DNA of 64,000 bases, taken from positions 45,074,001 to 45,138,000 of the forward strand of contig NW_026262745.1 in assembly GCF_021869535.1 (NCBI RefSeq). Direction: 5' to 3'. Source of the DNA: Mytilus californianus. Lineage: Eukaryota. Made by a program: the position numbers and the translations under genes. The notes beneath the pieces were generated by a model that was given only the letters and a program-made list of their open reading frames with translations, searched no databases and was not told the DNA's origin. Of the stretch, positions 53,315-64,000 are shown in pieces; the stretch's first letter is position 1; each line of letters starts with the position of its first letter.

Positions 53315-53588
53315 CTGCAAAACAAACAAAAATAGACAGATAAATTACAAAATGAATTTGCTTTATATATGTTGTATAAACTTAACCGATAATTTAACTT
53401 TTGTAATTTTAATACTAGTCACGCATATTTTGTGTTATAGGGCGATCAAGGTGTTTTAGGTATCATGAATATCTAAAGGAACGTGGAATTTTTATTTAAA
53501 GAACTAATTTTCTATTTGATGGAGGAAAATGTATTATATAGACGACGAAAAACTTATAAGAAGAACTAATAATGAATGAACTTATAAC

Positions 53589-53984
53589 TTTAGGATGTTC
53601 GCTCCTTTTGTTTTTGACTTTTTGTCAGATATTCGGAATTCTCTGGTTTTATCTATATAATTTCATTAAAAATTTTGCTCGCTAACGTCTACTTTTATTT
53701 TCCTAATTTTATAAATAAAGATTAAAAAGACATTTTTGAAAATCTTATAAAATCCTTGTTATTTGTTTATAGTGTTTGACAGAAAATAGGTGCCTATGTT
53801 AAATGAATGAAAAATCTAGAGAGAATAATTTCCCGCCAAATTTTCAATCGCTTATATCTCAAAAAACAAGGAAACGGACCTTTCTTTTTTTCTGCTTTTT
53901 AAGTTTCGTTATTTATATACTATCAATTTACAACAGTCTTTTAGAAATCTTGTTATTATACAACAGAGGAGCGAACATCCTTAA
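53589..53984. mobile_element. MITE with 14-bp TIRs at a TTAA-like site (Kolobok/piggyBac-type target)
   Basis: aggatgttcgctcc (53592) / ggagcgaacatcct (53968). Right end reads ...ccttaa, left end ...tttagg. Confidence 0.55.
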
Positions 53985-54362
53985 AAATTGCTTCATATAT
54001 GTGACCCGCCATGACATTTCCAGGCTTATGGCGGTAAACGTCATAATGAGAAAACGTCGATGTAAAGTCACGTAACATAATCGGGAAACCTGCTTTTACA
54101 TGTCCATTTATATCATGCGGTAAAACAAAGTTTCATTTTTTTTTACTTGAGGAAATTTGAATCTTATATTAGGTATACAAAACAAGTAGACTTTTTACGT
54201 AAAATTAATAATTTAGGATAAAATCCCGTTTAGAATCGCGTTATAAATTCACACAATTTATCTTTTAGATTTCATTGCATTGATCTGAAATAAAATTAGT
54301 TCTCAAAGGGGTCTGAAATAAACTTTAGATCATTATAGGCATTTCAAAGTGCAATGTTTATA

Positions 54363-54800
54363 TTTTTGTCTCGCCTTGACGGAGTCAAAAAGCGAGACTT
54401 ATGTATGCTATTTCCGATGGCGGCGGCAGCGGCGTCGGCGGCGTCAACAATGTATTAGTTTGTGATTAGGTCAGTTTATGGATAACCACTAGTGATAGGT
54501 CAATGCTATTTGGTATGCAGTTGTGTTAGCATTGGCTCATCTCATTTTCATGGAGATTATTTTGTCATGTCTCCTCAGTCATGTCTATTGACTTTGAAAA
54601 GTTTACATGTATTAGTTTGTGATTAGGTCAGTTTAAGGGGGACCACTAGTGGTAGGTCAATAGTATTGGTGTGTAGATGCATTAGCATTGACACATCTCA
54701 TCTCCATGGAGATTATTTGGCTCTTTTCCCACAGTCATGGTCTATTGACTTTGAATATTTTGTATAGTTCATATGTAAAAGTTTGTGATTAGATTAGTTT
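54363..54800 (+). mobile_element. HINE/pearl-like element with nested hairpin, (GGC)n and about 157-bp tandem units
   Basis: gtctcgc...ttgac-gga-gtcaa...gcgagac hairpin, then ggcggcggcagcggcgtcggcggcgtc, then units starting at 54450 and 54607 and a partial third. Confidence 0.65.
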
Positions 54801-57800
54801 AAGATGAACCAATACATATTGCAGCATGCACATTAAGTTTCTGGAGTAAATATCATTGTTTCACATTGTAAGGGAAAATATGAACATATGTATGAAAATA
54901 TGCCTGTACATGTAAGTCAAGAAAAATATGCCTACCCTTTAGAACCCCAATAGTGTCTCATCACATGTTCGTTCCTAGGTTCTTTTTTATCTATGCCTGT
55001 CTTAGAACTACATAAACAAGATCTATGTGTTGTTGAAAGTGTTCTTACACCCCTTTCACCTACATGCCCTAATATTATTGATCATGCTGTTTTGCTGTTT
55101 CATCTTACTCTGCATTAACAGATATTTGATTTAATCACTTTGTTAGGATACATGTACAAAATGTATTCCCAATAAGATAATATTAGAAAGCATATTAAAT
55201 AACTCACAGCTCCTTAATGGTTTATCATATATCTTGGTATTCACTTTCTTAGCATTGGTGTAGTTTTCCTTAAGAGAAAGACTAGAACCCCCCCCCCCCC
55301 CCACCCCCCACCCTCCAACAAAATTGAAGAAGTTTTCCTTAAGAGAAAGACTAGAACCCCACCCCGCCCTCCAACAAAACCACAATAAAAAACAATATGA
55401 AAAGTTATAAATATAACTATAATAGATGAACATACATGAAAAAATTGGGGAAAAAAATAGTAATAAAATCAAAAGTAACAAAAATGACTATATTTCTGTT
55501 ATTTTGTAGAATCTAGCAAAATAATTTGTCATGGTGTTTTTAGTCTCTGTATACTTCATAAAAATGCCAAAAACTTATTTTGACCCTGGTACCTCCATAA
55601 GCATGACAATCTCTTGGCTGGTCACATATATGCCGAATCATATTTATCAGAAATGAAACATAGACTTCCAAATAGCGTGTTCCAGCACTCTCCGTTCCTT
55701 ATCGCAAAGCAGGATCTCACACACGGCCAAGTTAAAATTCCATCATTAAATAGTTATTAATTAAATAATGTGAAATGATATATGTTGGAGGCCGTAGTTA
55801 TTTACATCCTTGTCATATATTTTTTAGGTAGATCATATTAATGTATTATCATGCATTAATGGTTTGGAAAAAGGTAATCTTTTAAAGGGTTAGAAAATAC
55901 ATATATTTAATTCGCTACTATATGGTGTCTTATTGCCGGATATGACTCATTGATAATTTTTTACAGGAGTAACGCCGTGGTTAAACATGAACTGCTAGTA
56001 TACACCGATCGGAAGGCTGATACTTCCAAAACTACTTAGTTCAATCCAATTATTAGTGCGGACTGTGTTTCTAACAATTCTTAATTTTCAGTGTAATGTT
56101 TTGTGGACATTTTATATTGTTGGCGATGGTGGTGTTTGTCTTTTTACTAGTTCTGGTTATTTAGTGATCCCAAGGAATCTTCTTAAATTCATCATCATGA
56201 AAGTTTGAAATAAAAGTAACGACAAACAAAAATTGATACGTTATATTAATTTGGACATAATTACATGTATTATTTGGTTGAAGTAGTTGTATTCAAATAA
56301 AAGGTACTCAGGCATCGAAGTATTATTAGATTAGTAGTAACATGCGTCGAGTGACACAGCCAATCAACTATACACACTCTCTCTCACTCTCTCATAAAAT
56401 TTTACATTTCTACATCAATTTAAATGATTGATTTATGTTTTCAATTTAGTGAATATAAATCATTTGCATATTTGCATTCAAATAAGATAAAACACCTCGA
56501 AACTAATTTATAACGAATTGACTTTAATATGTTATCATATATAACTATTGAATGATAAAAGAGACAAATGCGTATCAAAAATAAGAATCTATGCTCTTTC
56601 ACACGTTAAAATGTCATTAAACAATCAATACTGTTTTCATTGCTCTTATCCAAATGTATGAATACCTTAGAGGATGTACAGTTTGTAATTGAGCAAGAAA
56701 GTATAACATATCAATGTTTTTAAAATTGACACTTTTATAAGGCATAAAATATTTACAGTTAAATAATAGTAATTATAAGGCAATTCAAACCATTGATTTA
56801 GTTCTAAGTTAGATGTACTTTACCAAGATCGTCAACATAAATACAATGATAGTGATGAACATAAGTAAATGATAATATATATAATATATATTTTGAGGAT
56901 CGAAAAACAATAATACAACCGATACATCCATAAAAAAAACTTGCAATTAAGGTTTTATATGTTCTTTGTATAAGATTACCTCACCAGTCTGAAATTCCTA
57001 GTATCAAATATCTTAAAGATTGTTCATCCAATACAGTTGTGGTGTACCAATTCCTACTCTTAATCCAAAAAATGACAAACAATTAGATTAGACGGACAGT
57101 TGAGTCCAGTTTTAGATTGCGAGAAAGTGTGAATACTACGTTCCGCGACAACGAAGGTGTGGTGTGGATGCGGGAAGAGAGTTAACAGAGGGGAATCTAC
57201 TGATCTTTATTAAATCTTTATAGCCTTTTTAATGTTGGAAGAAAATGGACTGGGATCATTTTTTGAGTCAACCAAATATCAGATCTCTGTCTATAAATAA
57301 AAATATGACCGTCCTAAATAATGGAAAAAAAGAAACAATCAATATACCTAACTCTTAGAGATTATCCATACTTAAATACTTATAAATTCGACAGAAATTA
57401 TTTACAAAAGCAACAAATATGCTAATTCTAATTCATGCCTTATTTGAAATAATAATCTCATAAACCGATTTACAATACAAAACTTCCGTTTTATATAAGA
57501 AGTGGTCGAAAATGTATCTAATTATCTTAAACAAATGATCGTGACGATATTTCTGCCAGCATATTAAATTCTACGAATCCGGATATCAGATTTAATGTTA
57601 TTTTCAAACATAATTGGTTAAATAAGTACAGAGTTGATACCAAATACAATAGACTAAGAAACTCGTTATACACAGTAGGTCTGTATCATTTGTCTCATTA
57701 ACCAAAGCATCAGTTTTAAATTTGAACTTTTAACTTTTCATATCTGTTAATGCAAATGTTTTTCTGGTAGTTGTGTTAATAGTAATAGGCTGTTTCATAT

Positions 57801-60800
57801 TCTTTGAATATAAACAAAAAATATGTGATACTGACAAATCAAAGAAAACACTATTGAACCGACACATTGATTACGTATGATTCCATTAACTCTTCACACA
57901 GAATATTGTATCAACTTTATAAAAAAAACAGAGGAAAATTAATCGCTTAAATATATTTTATCTAACTATTACTCTGTTTTCATTGTTGATGCTATTTTAG
58001 AGGCATTTTGTCATGATAGTGTAAGACATAATAGTGTCCTGTGAAAAAGTGTCCGCTTGGAAGTTTTTCACAGAATAAAAGTATCAAATAATGTCCATTG
58101 CCGTAAAATTTTGTCTCTTAATTGGGCATAATTTTACAGCAACAGTTATGAAATACAGGATAATATTTCATAGCAGTTGATATTAAATTATGTCCTCTAA
58201 GGGAAGTAATACAAAGGTTATTTTGTACTTGAATATAAGCAACGGTTATGAAATAGTGCCCTCCCAAAATTCTTGATCAGGTAGAAGCATAAAGAATGTG
58301 ATGGAGTTAAACATTATTTCATTGGAGACATTATCAAAACCTAAATTATCATTTACTGTTCAAGGACCAAATTAAATGGTAAAAATGGTAAATGATAACA
58401 TGGACACTTTTTCACAGGGATTTTTCATAGGTAAATTGTGTCCATGACACATTAAATAAGTAAATATTGTCCATGAACAGTATTTTCTATGAATAAATAG
58501 AATAATAGTTAAACAGCATTGATGCTTTGAATGAACTTATTCATAAAGGTTATTAGTTTAACCTTGTAGTAAGATCTTTCAATACTGTCTTTATTTGTAC
58601 TAACATTGAGTTTAATACATAACTGAACAAGTACTGCTATCCACATTTTGAACACTTAATATCATACAGTCTGTCAATAGTTATCTTTTGGCATTGGAGA
58701 AGGTCATGATTTTTTTTTCAGATTGTTTTAACTTTTTAAAATTAAATTCTTTTTGACGAGATTCAATTCGTATGACGGATGATGCATGCAGGACAGGAGA
58801 CACTTACCCTGTTGACGCACACGGTCGTGATCCGTTTAAAGTTCATGTAATTCCCTCAGGTTTGTTTTGTTTTTTGTTTACCTTGGTTTGTACCTTTTTA
58901 ACAGACTTGAACATCGGTAAATAAAAAAAGTATTTATTTATATACGAAACAACTGAGATGACTTTAATGATCTTAACTTATGCCTTATTTGAACACAATT
59001 CTCTTAACTCGTTTTACAATAAAAGACCTTTTTCTAATAGAAATCGAATATATTATTATCTTATTTTCTAAGCCACTTGACCGCTACGATATTTCGGCCT
59101 ATTACATATTTATTTTTACCATGACCATCTCGTATTACATGTATCATTTGACGAGACATAAGTTTTGAATTAGGACTGATTACATAACATATGTCCATGC
59201 ATGTGAATGCTAATCATTTCATTATAGATGCGTCAATAGTAAAGTACGTTGCATGTTATTTAAATATCAGCAACAATCTGACACTGACAAATCAAAGAAA
59301 ACACTATTCAACCAAAAAATTTATTAAATTGATTGCATCAACTGAACACACGGAAAATTGTATCAACTTTCTATCAAAAACAACGGGCGATTTACGGTTA
59401 ATGTTGATGTATTTTATCATTTCTACCATTCCTCAGTTTTCACTGCTGTTTGTAGGAATTTTGTCAGATTACTTCTATTAAAATGTCTTTCGGAAGACTA
59501 CTAATTAACAAAGTTTGAATATTATTGTATTGATTAAACCATTTTTTTAAACTTTCGGCCACTGGCCTTCTTCAGATTCTTTATCATACTTCTTAACTAG
59601 ATTTGATGTTATATTTATAGGCAATAATTTTTAATAATAAGATTTGATGCAAAAATGTAATATGTGTTCCCTATAGAAATTTTGAAACAAGTAGTTTTGA
59701 ATAGTTAAATATAAGACATAAAATCAGCAGAAGCTTTAAGTATACACATTGGTACATTCTGAGTGAGGTGGTTATTACGGTTGTCGAGATTTTCACGGGT
59801 ATTTATATTCCTATGAGAACTAATTATGACCTGTGTTGGCGATCTGTTTTTTTGCATTTTTATTTTCTAAGGGAACAACACTAAATAAAAAGTAACTAAT
59901 ATGGTTACCCATCTAGTGAAGGAAGACAAGTTGTTTTAACCTTTGGTTTACTTTTTCCTTATTTTTGTCGTCGTTGGTCTTCTTTTAGAATCCTGTTAAT
60001 AACTTTTTTATATTATGACATTGACTTTCGATATTTAGTTTGCAGGTTCATCCCATATCGACGATTTAAAAAGACATAACTTGGCTTTCCCCTCGACCTG
60101 ATCATGAAGGTCAACTATTTTCAAGTAACACAATCCTGTCGGGGCCATATTTTTATTTTCTACAAAAAGGCTATTATATTTCACTATGCGGGTAAATTAC
60201 CTTAAGATGATGTGTTGTATACCATTTGATTTTGACCTTGACATCAACGTCCATTTATTGTTTTCAAAAAAACATAATAGTGTCATGGTCACAACTTGTC
60301 TTTTGACAACAGTTTTTTTATATTTAAATTTGTATGTTGGTGTATCTTACAAAAGAAGACAAATCTATTACAACTCGACGTGACCTTAGAAATTGCCCTT
60401 TGACAATTTTTTTCTTTTAGCGGCAGTACAGGTGAGTGCCATATTTTTTATCTCTTGGAGAAACCCTTTTGTTTTGTTTTTTTGACATCAAGGCGATGTA
60501 ACATGTACCAATTCGTGTCACGTTTGAAACTGACTTTTGGCCTCATGGTCAGCTTTCTTAATGACTGGATTGTTATTGGACCTACCGACACAACTATATA
60601 AATCTATGTGAAACTTAATTTTTATACGTTTGTTTGGCAAGATATATTAATTTACGATATTGCCGTAAAATGACTCTCGTATCAAACTGTGTTTCGAAAC
60701 GAATGCATAGTATTGCCTTAATATACTTTAAAGAACAAGCTTTTGGCAAAGCAAGCTCAATCTTATTTTAGTAAATTCATTTACAGATATAGATTTGGTT

Positions 60801-62830
60801 TAGTAGTTTAGCTATACCTGTATAGGAAACTTACCATTAACTGGATATCACATCCTATTTTTAACGGTGATGTTGTTTTTAGAGTTCGTAAATTTAGAAA
60901 CGATCCATGCAAACGTATTATAACAGTATGATAGTGTAGACTTTGATACATGTCATTTCTAGATAACTAGCATTATTCCTTTGAATAAACTTAGCCTTAA
61001 AGGTTCTCAATTCAACATTGTAGTAGTATCTTAACAATGTCTTCATCGGTACTAACATGGACTGTATTTTTAATAGTTAAATAAATAACTAAACATGTAT
61101 TTTTTATTCATTTAAAAAAAACAAATATTCCTACAGTTCGTTGATACTTTATTTTGGCCTTGCTTACTTTTTCTCAGACTGTTCATGACGTCCTAACACT
61201 AAATTCCAGATTGTGTCATTTTGACTGATTGTGGATTCCCATGACGGATGATGAATGCAAGGCAGGAGGTATTATCCTGTTGGCGCACCCGGTCGTCTTT
61301 CTTTTGGAGTTCTCAGTATTTGTTTCACCTTTGATTTGTATCTTCGTAATGAATTTTGAAGATTTGAACATCGGTAAACTAATGTTGAGTCTAATTTATA
61401 CTAAATCCGTTGGATGTGTAATGATTGATATTTTAGTTTGGAAAAATACAATTAATCTATTTGTTGAAATTGGGCTTTATACAAGCTTTCATTCACTGCA
61501 AGATTAATACTTTGTTTCCTTTCTCTTTTTGTTAGTTGTATTAGTGAAGTCAATCCCTTTCCAGGTAATGTTTTCCCAGTCTGTGATACTGTTGCGCTGT
61601 TACACCTCTGTCGCTGTGTATGTAGTGGCTTTAATGCTCAGTGACAGGTTTCATCCCGCCACTCTTTTTTGATGTGCCTGTCCCAAGTCAGTAGCCTGTA
61701 ATCCAGTAGTTGTCATTGGTTTCTGTCACCCATGATTATTTTGTAGAATTAGGCTGTTGGTTTTCTCTCTTGAATTGTTTCACATTTTCTAATGCCGGGG
61801 CCTTTTAAAGTTTGCTATAATGTATGGATTTTACCCATGTTGATGACTGCAGCGGTTTACATTCTCGTCCTTTTGTTTTTTGTTGGTATATGTCTCATTT
61901 GCATTCATTCATGCTTTTTTTTTATATTAACGTCGGCGAGAAAGAGGGTTCATCTGAAATCACATCAACAGATTTTATCATGATTTCAGTGTGACTATTA
62001 CGTTTTTAAAATTTGACTAGACTCAAATCAAACAAAAAAAGTCACAATCCGATAATAATGCAGACACTATTCATACGTTTAATTGCGTACTAAAGTACAC
62101 GTACTTAACAAGAAGAGTCACTCACTGATCATAGATTCAATTCAATCACAGACAGTAATGAACATGGTCGATTGTTTTCCTAAAATTATTATTCTCTTTT
62201 AAGAATCGAAAAACAATAATTTAACCGATCAGTCTATGAAAAACACATCTCAATTAGAATTTGATTAGATCTTTGTATAAGATAATTGCATCTATCTGAA
62301 ATTCCTATCGTACACCATAAAGATTTTTTCTATTTAACAAAGGTAACCAATTATAGATCATAAGCCCAGAAATATATGGCTGACACTTTGGTCATGGATG
62401 GACAGTGGAACCTAGGTATTAGTTTCTTGATAAGTGGAAGGAAGTTTTGACGACAAGAATCCCACACATGAAATGAGGATGAGAGATTTAAAAGAGAAGT
62501 CAATCCAAATAGCTTTCTGAATTTTAGATACAATCCATGTAAACTCATTGATATCTAAAAACAATAGCTAATTCTTAAAGGTTCTTAATTCAACTTTAAA
62601 GTAACATATTTTAATGCTGTCTTTATCGTTGCAAACAATAATTTTATTATCAATAGTTTAAAACATATGTATTTAATAGTTTTATGACGTCCTAAAACTA
62701 AATCCGTTAAATGTGTAATGATTGATGTTTTAGTCAGGTTATACTTTATTTATCTATTAGTTGAAATAGGACTCTGAACTAAAAAAATGTGCACACGATC
62801 GACGCTTTTACAAGCCTATAAATATACAAA

Positions 62831-62966
62831 ATATGTACATTGTCGGAAAATATAAAATTTATTTGTATGAGCTTTAGAAACAGGACGAAAAGCGAGGCTC
62901 GCCGAGCTTTTCTCCTGTTTCGTAGCGAGTACTAATAAATTTTATATTTTCCGACAATGTACATAT
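62831..62966. repeat. long inverted repeat (33-bp perfect outer arms, partly paired interior)
   Basis: 62831-62863 is the exact reverse complement of 62934-62966. The interior also pairs (gaaacagga/tcctgtttc, gaaaagc/gcttttc). Confidence 0.9.
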
Positions 62967-64000
62967 ATTGTTTTTATCCTGAAATTTACACTCAACACTT
63001 GAAACTTCAGTTGTTAAAATCTAAATCATTGTCTCTAATTTTTCAAAGAAATCGACATAGTTCAAATGCGGACCGCGAAGAAGACCCCAAAATGAACTGG
63101 TACGCAAAAAGATATATCCACATTACCGCTTGCTCAACATGGAAGCGGGATAACAGGAGACTTTAATTGTACAACTACAAATAAAGCAAAAATTTATTTG
63201 TGTATCTGTTATTTGTACAATAGTTAGCTGATTGCAGGATAAAATTATAAAAAGATGCATTCAATTCTTAAAATTATATTTTTATGCTACAACCATGAAA
63301 TTATGACAGTTATACCAAGCTTTTCGCTTGATTTTCTATGCATACTTTTAACATTGGCACGGATAGCACGTGCATTCACAGCTGTTGTATCTTATACAGA
63401 TATGAAATATGATATTCGAGTGCATCACAATTGGTGGCAACCAATCAAATGTACGGATTCTAATGAAACATACATGTAATGTAATTTTACGGTAATGGTG
63501 TTGCTCTTAATTGAAGGCTGTATGGTGATCTGTAGTCGTTTATATTCTTGTCCTCTGGTCTCTGATGGATAATCGTTTAATTGCCAACCATACCACATAT
63601 TTTTCTTTTTAAATTAACGTCAGCAAGAAATGTGTTCATAAAATTTTATTTTAGTTTGGAACCGAACTGACGTTATATTTGTATTTTGAATTGGATTTTT
63701 ATGCAAAGTTATGTTAAGCAAATACAAAAGAATATCTTAACGGTATAGAGAATCATAAACAATTATGTTTCATTGAGGAGCAATTTAAACATTGTTTGTT
63801 CTTTAATGTCCAAATAAGGACACGAATAGTCACAGTACATCTGCACAACAAGTTTTGTTGGTATTTACAGCACGTGAAACAGGGTGTGATTCCTTAAACT
63901 TTGTTATCACTACAGATTGTTGTTAGATTTTGTATTCCAAAGCTCATATATGTTTATACCAAAAAAAAAACAACAACAATGCACATGCAAATATCTTTAT

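Overview
AT-rich, intron-rich animal genomic DNA. The repeat landscape suggests a mytilid mussel (inference; no search run). Two spliced genes were rebuilt by hand on the minus strand from GT-AG sites and frame continuity. (1) ovo/OVOL zinc-finger factor: complement(join(367..665,2459..2635,3659..3764,4603..6251,13655..13775)), 783 aa, with an N-terminal SNAG motif, an NGGYGIKNP motif and four C2H2 fingers. (2) A predicted type-I membrane protein: two IgGFc-binding N-terminal-like domains, each followed by a DNDCDGxIDED repeat, then a Thr-rich stalk, a CxCxC motif and a TM helix. Its exons are 53278..53314, 49059..50311, 45905..45995, 44448..44489, 41560..42803, 38276..38375, 36886..36936 and 31400..32139; the start exon is uncertain. 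The rest is introns and intergenic DNA with SINEs, MITEs, Helentron-like elements, LINE and DIRS remnants and minisatellites. The most notable non-coding content is a family of hammerhead-ribozyme retroelements (retrozymes). It includes a full 366-bp monomer, a second hammerhead variant with compensatory changes, and a 56-bp minisatellite made of a catalytically dead hammerhead that is split by an antisense copy with an intact core. No CRISPR array, rRNA or true tRNA gene was seen.
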